Of a DNA stretch of 64,000 bases, positions 39,801 to 55,751 are shown one piece after another (position 1 is the stretch's first letter; the number at the start of each line of letters is the position of its first letter). The DNA lies in NCBI GenBank assembly GCA_040285855.1, contig JAUFOQ010000005.1, positions 2,356,001 through 2,420,000 of the forward strand, in the 5' to 3' direction. The translations under genes and the position numbers were made by a program. The notes beneath the pieces are model-generated. The model worked only from the letters and a program-made list of their open reading frames with translations, was not told the DNA's origin and did not search any database. This DNA comes from Eukaryota sp. GEM-RC1 (taxonomy: Eukaryota).

Positions 39801-42800
39801 AGATCTGAATGTAGTCAGCTCAAATGTACTCAGTTCAAGCAACAATACGGTCAGCAACATTATGATTTAATAGTTGACAAGAACATATTCCATCTACTGC
39901 AAGTGTCGCATAAACCATAACTAAACCGATCACAATATCTGTACAAATTGGAGCTTGGTGTTGATGTCTAGAATCAAAAATTAATTTGAGCAATGAATCT
40001 GATCTGTAGAATAGCTGAAGTGAGACCGCCCAATGAATTTGAATACAGTATATAATATATGTGTTTCGATAAGCAGCTTGAATGGAATTGTTTTTGATTT
40101 ATTGATGCCAAACTACGAGTCGTAGAGAAGTAATGATACTGGTTGTGAAATGTTGGAAACGAATAATTAAAAGGAATTCCACGCAGTGACAAACAGTTCA
40201 TGTGTGACATTAATCAAAATTCAATCACTCCCTATACACGACAGACATCGTTTCAAGTACAGTTACAAAACAACATTAGTTGCAAGTTAAATAGTGAACT
40301 GGAAGGACATGGCCAGAATATTGGGTGTTGCTTTTATTGATAAGATCTGAATGTCAGCTCAAATGTAGTCAGTTCAAGCAACAATACGGTCAGCAACATC
40401 ATGATTTAATAGTTGACAAGAACACGTTCCCTCTATTGCAAGTGTCGCATAAACCATAACTAAACTGATCACAATATCTGTACAAATTGGAGCTTGGTGT
40501 TGATGTCTAGAATCAAAAATTAATTTGAGCAATGAATCTGATCTGTAGAATAGCTGAAGTGAGACTGACTATTGAATTTGAATACAATCAAAATTACTCA
40601 GAGATATTGATAAGATCTGAATGTAGTCAGCTCAAATGTACTCAGTTCAAGCAACAATACGGTCAGCAACATTATGATTTAATAGTTGACAAGAACATAT
40701 TCCATCTACTGCAAGTGTCGCATAAACCATAACTAAACCGATCACAATATCTGTACAAATTGGAGCTTGGTGTTGATGTCTAGAATCAAAAATTAATTTG
40801 AGCAATGAATCTGATCTGTAGAATAGCTGAAGTCAGACTGACCATTGAATTTGAATACAATAAATATACTCAGAGATACTGATAAGATCTGAATGTAGTC
40901 AGCTCAAATGTACTCAGTTCAAGCAACAATACGGTCAGCAACATCATGATTTAATAGTTGACAAGAACATGTTCCCTCTATTGCAAGTGTCGCATAAACC
41001 ATAACTAAACTGATCACAATATCTGTACAAATTGGAGCTTGGTGTTGATGTCTAGAATCAGAAATTAATTTGAGCAATGAATCTGATCTGTAGAATAGCT
41101 GAAGTCAGACTGACCATTGAATTTGAATACAATCAAAATTACTCAGAGATATTGATAAGATCTGAATGTAGTCAGCTCAAATGTACTCAGTTCAAGCAAC
41201 AATACGGTCAGCAACATTATGATTTAATAGTTGACAAGAACATATTCCATCTACTGCAAGTGTCGCATAAACCATAACTAAACCGATCACAATATCTGTA
41301 CAAATTGGAGCTTGGTGTTGATGTCTAGAATCAAAAATTAATTTGAGCAATGAATCTGATCTGTAGAATAGCTGAAGTGAGACTGACTATTGAATTTGAA
41401 TACAATCAAAATTACTCAGAGATATTGATAAGATCTGAATGTAGTCAGCTCAAATGTACTCAGTTCAAGCAACAATACGGTCAGCAACATTATGACTTAA
41501 TAGTTGACAAGAACATATTCCATCTACTGCAAGTGTCGCATAAACCATAACTAAACCGATCACAATATCTGTACAAATTGGAGCTTGGTGTTGATGTCTA
41601 GAATCAGAAATTAATTTGAGTAATGAATCTGATCTGTAGAATAGCTGAAGTGAGACCGCCCAATGAATTTGAATACAGTATAAAATATATGTGTTTCGAT
41701 AAGCAGCTTGAATGGAATTGTTTTGATTTATTGATGCCAAACTACGAGTCGTAGAGAAGTAATGATACTGTTTGTGAAATGTTGGAAACGAATAATTAAA
41801 AGGAATTCCACGCAGTGACAAACAGTTCATGTGTGACATTAATCAAAATTCAATCACTCCCTATACACGACAGACATCGTTTCAGGTACAGTTACAAAAC
41901 AACATTAGTTGCAAGTTAAATAGTGAACTGGAAGGACATGACCAGAATATTGGGTGTTGCTTTTATTGATAATATCTGAATGTCAGCTCAAATGTAGTCA
42001 GTTCAAGCAACAATACGGTCAGCAACATTATGATTTAATAGTTGACAAGAACATATTCCATCTACTGCAAGTGTCGCGTAAACCATAACTAAACCGATCA
42101 CAATATCTGTACAAATTGGAGCTTGGTGTTGATGTCTAGAATCAAAAATTAATTTGAGCAATGAATCTGATCTGTAGAATAGCTGAAGTGAGACTGACTA
42201 TTGAATTTGAATACAATCAAAATTACTCAGAGATATTGATAAGATCTGAATGTAGTCAGCTCAAATGTACTCAGTTCAAGCAACAATACGGTCAGCAACA
42301 TTATGATTTAATAGTTGACAAGAACATATTCCATCTACTGCAAGTGTCGCATAAACCATAACTAAACCGATCACAATATCTGTACAAATTGGAGCTTGGT
42401 GTTGATGTCTAGAATCAGAAATTAATTTGAGTAATGAATCTGATCTGTAGAATAGCTGAAGTGAGACCGCCCAATGAATTTGAATACAGTATAAAATATA
42501 TGTGTTTCGATAAGCAGCTTGAATGGAATTGTTTTGATTTATTGATGCCAAACTACGAGTCGTAGAGAAGTAATGATACTGTTTGTGAAATGTTGGAAAC
42601 GAATAATTAAAAGGAATTCCACGCAGTGACAAACAGTTCATGTGTGACATTAATCAAAATTCAATCACTCCCTATACACGACAGACATCGTTTCAGGTAC
42701 AGTTACAAAACAACATTAGTTGCAAGTTAAATAGTGAACTGGAAGGACATGACCAGAATATTGGGTGTTGCTTTTATTGATAATATCTGAATGTCAGCTC

Positions 42801-45800
42801 AAATGTAGTCAGTTCAAGCAACAATACGGTCAGCAACATTATGATTTAATAGTTGACAAGAACATATTCCATCTACTGCAAGTGTCGCGTAAACCATAAC
42901 TAAACCGATCACAATATCTGTACAAATTGGAGCTTGGTGTTGATATCTAGAATCAAAAATTAATTTGAGCAATGAATCTGATCTGTAGAATAGCTGAAGT
43001 CAGACTGACCATTGAATTTGAATACAATCAAAATTACTCAGAGATATTGATAAGATCTGAATGTAGTCAGCTCAAATGTACTCAGTTCAAGCAACAATAC
43101 GGTCAGCAACATTATGATTTAATAGTCGACAAGAACATATTCCATCTACTGCAAGTGTCGCGTAAACCATAACTAAACCGATCACAATATCTGTACAAAT
43201 TGGAGCTTGGTGTTGATGTCTAGAATCAAAAATTAATTTGAGCAATGAATCTGATCTGTAGAATAGCTGAAGTCAGACTGACCATTGAATTTGAATACAA
43301 TCAAAATTACTCAGAGATATTGATAAGATCTGAATGTAGTCAGCTCAAATGTACTCAGTTCAAGCAACAATACGGTCAGCAACATTATGATTTAATAGTT
43401 GACAAGAACATATTCCATCTACTGCAAGTGTCGCATAAACCATAACTAAACCGATCACAATATCTGTACAAATTGGAGCTTGGTGTTGATGTCTAGAATC
43501 AAAAATTAATTTGAGCAATGAATCTGATCTGTAGAATAGCTGAAGTGAGACTGACTATTGAATTTGAATACAATCAAAATTACTCAGAGATATTGATAAG
43601 ATCTGAATGTAGTCAGCTCAAATGTACTCAGTTCAAGCAACAATACGGTCAGCAACATTATGATTTAATAGTTGACAAGAACATATTCCATCTACTGCAA
43701 GTGTCGCATAAACCATAACTAAACCGATCACAATATCTGTACAAATTGGAGCTTGGTGTTGATGTCTAGAATCAAAAATTAATTTGAGCAATGAATCTGA
43801 TCTGTAGAATAGCTGAAGTGAGACTGACTATTGAATTTGAATACAATCAAAATTACTCAGAGATATTGATAAGATCTGAATGTAGTCAGCTCAAATGTAC
43901 TCAGTTCAAGCAACAATACGGTCAGCAACATTATGATTTAATAGTTGACAAGAACATATTCCATCTACTGCAAGTGTCGCATAAACCATAACTAAACTGA
44001 TCACAATATCTGTACAAATTGGAGCTTGGTGTTGATGTCTAGAATCAGAAATTAATTTGAGTAATGAATCTGATCTGTAGAATAGCTGAAGTGAGACCGC
44101 CCAATGAATTTGAATACAGTATAAAATATATGTGTTTCGATAAGCAGCTTGAATGGAATTGTTTTTGATTTATTGATGCCAAACTACGAGTCGTAGAGAA
44201 GTAATGATACTGGTTGTGAAATGTTGGAAACGAATAATTAAAAGGAATTCCACGCAGTGACAAACAGTTCATGTGTGACATTAATCAAAATTCAATCACT
44301 CCCTATACACGACAGACATCGTTTCAAGTACAGTTACAAAACAACATTAGTTGCAAGTTAAATAGTGAACTGGAAGGACATGACCAGAATATTGGGTGTT
44401 GCTTTTATTGATAAGATCTGAATGTCAGCTCAAATGTAGTCAGTTCAAGCAACAATACGGTCAGCAACATCATGATTTAATAGTTGACAAGAACACCTTC
44501 CCTCTATTGCAAGTGTCGCATAAACCATAACTAAACTGATCACAATATCTGTACAAATTGGAGCTTGGTGTTGATGTCTATAATCAGAAATTAATTTGAG
44601 TAATGAATCTGATCTGTAGAATAGCTGAAGTCAGACTGACCATTGAATTTGAATACAATCAAAATTACTCAGAGATATTGATAAGATCTGAATGTAGTCA
44701 GCTCAAATGTACTCAGTTCAAGCAACAATACGGTCAGCAACATCATGATTTAATAGTTGACAAGAACACGTTCCCTCTATTGCAAGTGTCGCATAAACCA
44801 TAACTAAACTGATCACAATATCTGTACAAATTGGAGCTTGGTGTTGATGTCTAGAATCAGAAATTAATTTGAGCAATGAATCTGATCTGTAGAATAGCTG
44901 AAGTCAGACTGACCATTGAATTTGAATACAATCAAAATTACTCAGAGATATTGATAAGATCTGAATGTAGTCAGCTCAAATGTACTCAGTTCAAGCAACA
45001 ATACGGTCAGCAACATTATGATTTAATAGTTGACAAGAACATATTCCATCTACTGCAAGTGTCGCATAAACCATAACCAAACCGATCACAATATCTGTAC
45101 AAATTGGAGCTTGGTGTTGATGTCTAGAATCAAAAATTAATTTGAGCAATGAATCTGATCTGTAGAATAGCTGAAGTGAGACTGACTATTGAATTTGAAT
45201 ACAATCAAAATTACTCAGAGATATTGATAAGATCTGAATGTAGTCAGCTCAAATGTACTCAGTTCAAGCAACAATACGGTCAGCAACATCTTGATTTAAT
45301 AGTTGACAAGAACATATTCCATCTACTGCAAGTATCGCATAAACCATAACTAAACCGATCACAATATCTGTACAAATTGGAGCTTGGTGTTGATGTCTAG
45401 AATCAGAAATTAATTTGAGTAATGAATCTGGTCTGTAGAATAGCTGAAGTGAGACTGACTATTGAATTTGAATACAATAAATATACTCAGAGATATTGAT
45501 AAGATCTGAATGTAGTCAGCTCAAATGTACTCAGTTCAAGCAACAATACGGTCAGCAACATTATGATTTAATAGTTGACAAGAACATATTCCATCTACTG
45601 CAAGTATCGCATAAACCATAACTAAACCGATCACAATATCTGTACAAATTGGAGCTTGGTGTTGATGTCTAGAATCAAAAATTAATTTGAGCAATGAATC
45701 TGGTCTGTAGAATAGCTGAAGTGAGACTGACTATTGAATTTGAATACAATAAATATACTCAGAGATATTGATAAGATCTGAATGTAGTCAGCTCAAATGT

Positions 45801-48800
45801 ACTCAGTTCAAGCAACAATACGGTCAGCAACATCTTGATTTAATAGTTGACAAGAACATGTTCCCTCTATTGCAAGTGTCGCTTAAACCATAACTAAGCT
45901 GATCACAATATCTGTACAAATTGGAGCTTGGTGTTGATGTCTAGAATCAGAAATTAATTTGAGTAATGAATCTGATCTGTAGAATAGCTGAAGTGAGACC
46001 GCCCAATTAATTTGAATACAGTATAAAAAATATGTATTTCGATAAGCAGCTTGAATGGAATTGTTTTCGATTTATTGATGCCAAACTACGAGTCGTAGAG
46101 AATTAATGATACTGTTTGCGAAATGTTGGAAACGAATAATTAAAAGGAATTCCACGCAGTGACAAACAGTTCATGTGTGACATTAATCAAAATTCAATCA
46201 CTCCCTATACACGACAGACATCGTTTCAGGTACAGTTACAAAACAACATTAGTTGCAAGTTAAATAGTGAACTGGAAGGACATGACCAGAATATTGGGTG
46301 TTGCTGTTATTGATAAGATCTGAATGTCAGCTCAAATGTACTCAGTTCAAGCAACAATACGGTCAGCAACATTATGATTTAATAGTTGACAAGAACATAT
46401 TCCATCTACTGCAAGTATCGCATAAACCATAACTAAACCGATCACAATATCTGTACAAATTGGAGCTTGGTGTTGATGTCTAGAATCAAAAATTAATTTG
46501 AGCAATGAATCTGGTCTGTAGAATAGCTGAAGTGAGACTGACTATTGAATTTGAATACAATAAATATACTCAGAGATATTGATAAGATCTGAATGCAGTC
46601 AGCTCAAATGTACTCAGTTCAAGCAACAATACGGTCAGCAACATCTTGATTTAATAGTTGACAAGAACATGTTCCCTCTATTGCAAGTGTCGCTTAAACC
46701 ATAACTAAGCTGATCACAATATCTGTACAAATTGGAGCTTGGTGTTGATGTCTAGAATCAGAAATTAATTTGAGCAATGAATCTGATCTGTAGAATAGCT
46801 GAAGTCAGACTGACCATTGAATTTGAATACAATCAAAATTACTCAGAGATATTGATAAGATCTGAATGTAGTCAGCTCAAATGTACTCAGTTCAAGCAAC
46901 AATACGGTCAGCAACATTATGATTTAATAGTTGACAAGAACATATTCCATCTACTGCAATTGTCGCATAAACCATAACTAAACCGATCACAATATCTGTA
47001 CAAATTGGAGCTTGGTGTTGATGTCTAGAATCAAAAATTAATTTGAGCAATGAATCTGATCTGTAGAATAGCTGAAGTGAGACTGACTATTGAATTTGAA
47101 TACAATCAAAATTACTCAGAGATATTGATAAGATCTGAATGTAGTCAGCTCAAATGTACTCAGTTCAAGCAACAATACGGTCAGCAACATTATGATTTAA
47201 TAGTTGACAAGAACATATTCCATCTACTGCAAGTGTCGCATAAACCATAACTAAACCGATCACAATATCTGTACAAATTGGAGCTTGGTGTTGATGTCTA
47301 GAATCAAAAATTAATTTGAGTAATGAATCTGGTCTGTAGAATAGCTGAAGTGAGACTGACTATTGAATTTGAATACAATAAATATACTCAGAGATATTGA
47401 TAAGATCTGAATGTAGTCAGCTCAAATGTACTCAGTTCAAGCAACAATACGGTCAGCAACATTATGATTTAATAGTTGACAAGAACATATTCCATCTACT
47501 GCAAGTATCGCATAAACCATAACTAAACCGATCACAATATCTGTACAAATTGGAGCTTGGTGTTGATGTCTAGAATCAAAAATTAATTTGAGCAATGAAT
47601 CTGGTCTGTAGAATAGCTGAAGTGAGACTGACTATTGAATTTGAATACAATAAATATACTCAGAGATATTGATAAGATCTGAATGTAGTCAGCTCAAATG
47701 TACTCAGTTCAAGCAACAATACGGTCAGCAACATCTTGATTTAATAGTTGACAAGAACATGTTCCCTCTATTGCAAGTGTCGCTTAAACCATAACTAAGC
47801 TGATCACAATATCTGTACAAATTGGAGCTTGGTGTTGATGTCTAGAATCAGAAATTAATTTGAGTAATGAATCTGATCTGTAGAATAGCTGAAGTCAGAC
47901 TGACCATTGAATTTGAATACAATCAAAATTACTCAGAGATATTGATAAGATCTGAATGTAGTCAGCTCAAATGTACTCAGTTCAAGCAACAATACGGTCA
48001 GCAACATTATGATTTAATAGTTGACAAGAACATATTCCATCTACTGCAATTGTCGCATAAACCATAACTAAACCGATCACAATATCTGTACAAATTGGAG
48101 CTTGGTGTTGATGTCTAGAATCAAAAATTAATTTGAGCAATGAATCTGATCTGTAGAATAGCTGAAGTGAGACTGACTATTGAATTTGAATACAATCAAA
48201 ATTACTCAGAGATATTGATAAGATCTGAATGTAGTCAGCTCAAATGTACTCAGTTCAAGCAACAATACGGTCAGCAACATTATGATTTAATAGTTGACAA
48301 GAACATATTCCATCTACTGCAAGTGTCGCATAAACCATAACTAAACCGATCACAATATCTGTACAAATTGGAGCTTGGTGTTGATGTCTAGAATCAAAAA
48401 TTAATTTGAGTAATGAATCTGATCTGTAGAATAGCTGAAGTGAGACTGACTATTGAATTTGAATACAATCAAAATTACTCAGAGATATTGATAAGATCTG
48501 AATGTAGTCAGCTCAAATGTACTCAGTTCAAGCAACAATACGGTCAGCAACATCATGATTTAATAGTTGACAAGAACATATTCCATCTACTGCAAGTGTC
48601 GCATAAACCATAACTAAACCGATCACTATATCTGTACAAATTGGAGCTTGGTGTTGATGTCTAGAATCAAAAATTAATTTGAGCAATGAATCTGATCTGT
48701 AGAATAGCTGAAGTGAGACTGACTATTGAATTTGAATACAATCAAAATTACTCAGAGATATTGATAAGATCTGAATGTAGTCAGCTCAAATGTACTCAGT

Positions 48801-51800
48801 TCAAGCAACAATACGGTCAGCAACATTATGATTTAATAGTTGACAAGAACATATTCCATCTACTGCAAGTGTCGCATAAACCATAACTAAACCGATCACA
48901 ATATCTGTACAAATTGGAGCTTGGTGTTGATGTCCAGAATCAAAAATTAATTTGAGCAATGAATCTGATCTGTAGAATAGCTGAAGTGAGACCGCCCAAT
49001 GAATTTGAATACAGTATAAAATATATGTGTTTCGATAAGCAGCTTGAATGGAATTGTTTTTTTAAAAATAATTATATCAGAATAATTAAAAGGAATTCCA
49101 CGCAGTGACAAACAGTTCATGTCTGACATTAATCAAAATTCAATCACTCCCTATACACGACAGACATCGTTTCAGGTACAGTTACAAAACAACATTAGTT
49201 GCAAGTTAAATAGTGAACTGGAAGGACATGACCAGAATATTGGGTGTTGCTTTTATTGATAAGATCTGAATGTCAGCTCAAATGTAGTCAGTTCAAGCAA
49301 CAATACGGTCAGCAACATCATGATTTAATAGTTGACAAGAACACCTTCCCTCTATTGCAAGTGTCGCATAAACCAAACTAAACTGATCACAATATCTGTA
49401 CAAATTGGAGCTTGGTGTTGATGTCTAGAATCAGAAATTAATTTGAGCAATGAATCTGATCTGTAGAATAGCTGAAGTCAGACTGACCATTGAATTTGAA
49501 TACAATCAAAATTACTCAGAGATATTGATAAGATCTGAATGTAGTCAGCTCAAACGTACTCAGTTCAAGCAACAATACGGTCAGCAACATTATGATTTAA
49601 TAGTTGACAAGAACATATTCCATCTACTGCAAGTGTCGCATAAACCATAACCAAACCGATCACAATATCTGTACAAATTGGAGCTTGGTGTTGATGTCTA
49701 GAATCAAAAATTAATTTGAGCAATGAATCTGATCTGTAGAATAGCTGAAGTGAGACTGACTATTGAATTTGAATACAATCAAAATTACTCAGAGATATTG
49801 ATAAGATCTGAATGTAGTCAGCTCAAATGTACTCAGTTCAAGCAACAATACGGTCAGCAACATCTTGATTTAATAGTTGACAAGAACATATTCCATCTAC
49901 TGCAAGTATCGCATAAACCATAACTAAACCGATCACAATATCTGTACAAATTGGAGCTTGGTGTTGATGTCTAGAATCAGAAATTAATTTGAGTAATGAA
50001 TCTGATCTGTAGAATAGCTGAAGTGAGACCATGCCCAATTAATTTGAATACAGTATAAAATATATGTATTTCGATAAGCAGCTTGAATGGAATTGTTTTC
50101 GATTTATTGATGCCAAACTACGAGTCGTAGAGAATTAATGATACTGTTTGCGAAATGTTGGAAACGAATAATTAAAAGGAATTCCACGCAGTGACAAACA
50201 GTTCATGTGTGACATTAATCAAAATTCAATCACTCCCTATACACGACAGACATCGTTTCAGGTACAGTTACAAAACAACATTAGTTGCAAGTTAAATAGT
50301 GAACTGGAAGGACATGACCAGAATATTGGGTGTTGCTTTTATTGATAAGATCTGAATGTCAGCTCAAATGTACTCAGTTCAAGCAACAATACGGTCAGCA
50401 ACATTATGATTTAATAGTTGACAAGAACATATTCCATCTACTGCAAGTATCGCATAAACCATAACTAAACCGATCACAATATCTGTACAAATTGGAGCTT
50501 GGTGTTGATGTCTAGAATCAAAAATTAATTTGAGCAATGAATCTGGTCTGTAGAATAGCTGAAGTGAGACTGACTATTGAATTTGAATACAATAAATATA
50601 CTCAGAGATATTGATAAGATCTGAATGTAGTCAGCTCAAATGTACTCAGTTCAAGCAACAATACGGTCAGCAACATTATGATTTAATAGTTGACAAGAAC
50701 ATATTCCATCTACTGCAAGTATCGCATAAACCATAACTAAACCGATCACAATATCTGTACAAATTGGAGCTTGGTGTTGATGTCTAGAATCAAAAATTAA
50801 TTTGAGCAATGAATCTGGTCTGTAGAATAGCTGAAGTGAGACTGACTATTGAATTTGAATACAATAAATATACTCAGAGATATTGATAAGATCTGAATGT
50901 AGTCAGCTCAAATGTACTCAGTTCAAGCAACAATACGGTCAGCAACATCTTGATTTAATAGTTGACAAGAACATGTTCCCTCTATTGCAAGTGTCGCTTA
51001 AACCATAACTAAGCTGATCACAATATCTGTACAAATTGGAGCTTGGTGTTGATGTCTAGAATCAGAAATTAATTTGAGTAATGAATCTGATCTGTAGAAT
51101 AGCTGAAGTGAGACCGCCCAATTAATTTGAATACAGTATAAAAAATATGTATTTCGATAAGCAGCTTGAATGGAATTGTTTTCGATTTATTGATGCCAAA
51201 CTACGAGTCGTAGAGAATTAATGATACTGTTTGCGAAATGTTGGAAACGAATAATTAAAAGGAATTCCACGCAGTGACAAACAGTTCATGTGTGACATTA
51301 ATCAAAATTCAATCACTCCCTATACACGACAGACATCGTTTCAGGTACAGTTACAAAACAACATTAGTTGCAAGTTAAATAGTGAACTGGAAGGACATGA
51401 CCAGAATATTGGGTGTTGCTTTTATTGATAAGATCTGAATGTCAGCTCAAATGTACTCAGTTCAAGCAACAATACGGTCAGCAACATTATGATTTAATAG
51501 TTGACAAGAACATATTCCATCTACTGCAAGTATCGCATAAACCATAACTAAACCGATCACAATATCTGTACAAATTGGAGCTTGGTGTTGATGTCTAGAA
51601 TCAAAAATTAATTTGAGCAATGAATCTGGTCTGTAGAATAGCTGAAGTGAGACTGACTATTGAATTTGAATACAATAAATATACTCAGAGATATTGATAA
51701 GATCTGAATGTAGTCAGCTCAAATGTACTCAGTTCAAGCAACAATACGGTCAGCAACATCTTGATTTAATAGTTGACAAGAACATGTTCCCTCTATTGCA

Positions 51801-54800
51801 AGTGTCGCTTAAACCATAACTAAGCTGATCACAATATCTGTACAAATTGGAGCTTGGTGTTGATGTCTAGAATCAGAAATTAATTTGAGTAATGAATCTG
51901 ATCTGTAGAATAGCTGAAGTGAGACCATGCCCAATTAATTTGAATACAGTATAAAATATATGTATTTCGATAAGCAGCTTGAATGGAATTGTTTTCGATT
52001 TTTGATGCCAAACTACGAGTCGTAGAGAATTAATGATACTGTTTGCGAAATGTTGGAAACGAATAATTAAAAGGAATTCCACGCAGTGACAAACAGTTCA
52101 TGTGTGACATTAATCAAAATTCAATCACTCCCTATACACGACAGACATCGTTTCAGGTACAGTTACAAAACAACATTAGTTGCAAGTTAAATAGTGAACT
52201 GGAAGGACATGACCAGAATATTGGGTGTTGCTTTTATTGATAAGATCTGAATGTCAGCTCAAATGTACTCAGTTCAAGCAACAATACGGTCAGCAACATT
52301 ATGATTTAATAGTTGACAAGAACATATTCCATCTACTGCAAGTATCGCATAAACCATAACTAAACCGATCACAATATCTGTACAAATTGGAGCTTGGTGT
52401 TGATGTCTAGAATCAAAAATTAATTTGAGCAATGAATCTGGTCTGTAGAATAGCTGAAGTGAGACTGACTATTGAATTTGAATACAATAAATATACTCAG
52501 AGATATTGATAAGATCTGAATGTAGTCAGCTCAAATGTACTCAGTTCAAGCAACAATACGGTCAGCAACATTATGATTTAATAGTTGACAAGAACATATT
52601 CCATCTACTGCAAGTATCGCATAAACCATAACTAAACCGATCACAATATCTGTACAAATTGGAGCTTGGTGTTGATGTCTAGAATCAAAAATTAATTTGA
52701 GCAATGAATCTGGTCTGTAGAATAGCTGAAGTGAGACTGACTATTGAATTTGAATACAATAAATATACTCAGAGATATTGATAAGATCTGAATGTAGTCA
52801 GCTCAAATGTACTCAGTTCAAGCAACAATACGGTCAGCAACATCTTGATTTAATAGTTGACAAGAACATGTTCCCTCTATTGCAAGTGTCGCTTAAACCA
52901 TAACTAAGCTGATCACAATATCTGTACAAATTGGAGCTTGGTGTTGATGTCTAGAATCAGAAATTAATTTGAGTAATGAATCTGATCTGTAGAATAGCTG
53001 AAGTGAGACCGCCCAATTAATTTGAATACAGTATAAAAAATATGTATTTCGATAAGCAGCTTGAATGGAATTGTTTTCGATTTATTGATGCCAAACTACG
53101 AGTCGTAGAGAATTAATGATACTGTTTGCGAAATGTTGGAAACGAATAATTAAAAGGAATTCCACGCAGTGACAAACAGTTCATGTGTGACATTAATCAA
53201 AATTCAATCACTCCCTATACACGACAGACATCGTTTCAGGTACAGTTACAAAACAACATTAGTTGCAAGTTAAATAGTGAACTGGAAGGACATGACCAGA
53301 ATATTGGGTGTTGCTTTTATTGATAATATCTGAATGTCAGCTCAAATGTAGTCAGTTCAAGCAACAATACGGTCAGCAACATCATGATTTAATAGTTGAC
53401 AAGAACACGTTCCCTCTATTGCAAGTGTCGCATAAACCATAACTAAACCGATCACAATATCTGTACAAATTGGAGCTTGGTGTTGATGTCTAGAATCAAA
53501 AATTAATTTGAGCAATGAATCTGGTCTGTAGAATAGCTGAAGTGAGACCGCCCAATTAATTTGAATACAGTATAAAAAATATGTATTTCGATAAGCAGCT
53601 TGAATGGAATTGTTTTCGATTTATTGATGCCAAACTACGAGTCGTAGAGAATTAATGATACTGTTTGCGAAATGTTGGAAACGAATAATTAAAAGGAATT
53701 CCACGCAGTGACAAACAGTTCATGTGTGACATTAATCAAAATTCAATCACTCCCTATACACGACAGACATCGTTTCAGGTACAGTTACAAAACAACATTA
53801 GTTGCAAGTTAAATAGTGAACTGGAAGGACATGACCAGAATATTGGGTGTTGCTTTTATTGATAAGATCTGAATGTCAGCTCAAATGTACTCAGTTCAAG
53901 CAACAATACGGTCAGCAACATTATGATTTAATAGTTGACAAGAACATATTCCATCTACTGCAAGTATCGCATAAACCATAACTAAACCGATCACAATATC
54001 TGTACAAATTGGAGCTTGGTGTTGATGTCTAGAATCAAAAATTAATTTGAGCAATGAATCTGGTCTGTAGAATAGCTGAAGTGAGACTGACTATTGAATT
54101 TGAATACAATAAATATACTCAGAGATATTGATAAGATCTGAATGTAGTCAGCTCAAATGTACTCAGTTCAAGCAACAATACGGTCAGCAACATCTTGATT
54201 TAATAGTTGACAAGAACATGTTCCCTCTATTGCAAGTGTCGCTTAAACCATAACTAAGCTGATCACAATATCTGTACAAATTGGAGCTTGGTGTTGATGT
54301 CTAGAATCAGAAATTAATTTGAGTAATGAATCTGATCTGTAGAATAGCTGAAGTGAGACCGCCCAATTAATTTGAATACAGTATAAAATATATGTATTTC
54401 GATAAGCAGCTTGAATGGAATTGTTTTCGATTTATTGATGCCAAACTACGAGTCGTAGAGAATTAATGATACTGTTTGCGAAATGTTGGAAACGAATAAT
54501 TAAAAGGAATTCCACGCAGTGACAAACAGTTCATGTGTGACATTAATCAAAATTCAATCACTCCCTATACACGACAGACATCGTTTCAGGTACAGTTACA
54601 AAACAACATTAGTTGCAAGTTAAATAGTGAACTGGAAGGACATGACCAGAATATTGGGTGTTGCTTTTATTGATAAGATCTGAATGTCAGCTCAAATGTA
54701 GTCAGTTCAAGCAACAATACGGTCAGCAACATCATGATTTAATAGTTGACAAGAACATATTCCATCTACTGCAAGTGTCGCATAGACCATAACTAAACCG

Positions 54801-55751
54801 ATCACAATATCTGTACAAATTGGAGCTTGGTTTTGATGTCTAGAATCAAAAATTAATTTGAGCAATGAATCTGGTCTGTAGAATAGCTGAAGTGAGACTG
54901 ACTAATGAATTTGAATACAATAAATATACTCAGAGATATTGATAAGATCTGAATGTAGTCAGCTCAAATGTACTCAGTTCAAGCAACAATACGGTCAGCA
55001 ACATCTTGATTTAATAGTTGACAAGAACATGTTCCCTCTATTGCAAGTGTCGCTTAAACCATAACTAAGCTGATCACAATATCTGTACAAATTGGAGCTT
55101 GGTGTTGATGTCTAGAATCAGAAATTAATTTGAGTAATGAATCTGATCTGTAGAATAGCTGAAGTGAGACCGCCCAATTAATTTGAATACAGTATAAAAT
55201 ATATGTATTTCGATAAGCAGCTTGAATGGAATTGTTTGCGATTTATTGATGCCAAACTACGAGTCGTAGAGAAGTAATGATACTGTTTGCGAAATGTTGG
55301 AAACGAATAATTAAAAGGAATTCCACGCAGTGACAAACAGTTCATGTGTGACATTAATCAAAATTCAATCACTCCCTATACACGACAGACATCGTTTCAG
55401 GTACAGTTACAAAACAACATTAGTTGCAAGTTAAATAGTGAACTGGAAGGACATGACCAGAATATTGGGTGTTGCTTTTATTGATAAGATCTGAATGTCA
55501 GCTCAAACGTAGTCAGTTCAAGCAACAATACGGTCAGCAACATCATGATTTAATAGTTGACAAGAACATATTCCATCTACTGCAAGTGTCGCATAGACCA
55601 TAACTAAACCGATCACAATATCTGTACAAATTGGAGCTTGGTGTTGATGTCTAGAATCAAAAATTAATTTGAGCAATGAATCTGGTCTGTAGAATAGCTG
55701 AAGTGAGACTGACTATTGAATTTGAATACAATCAAAATTACTCAGAGATAT

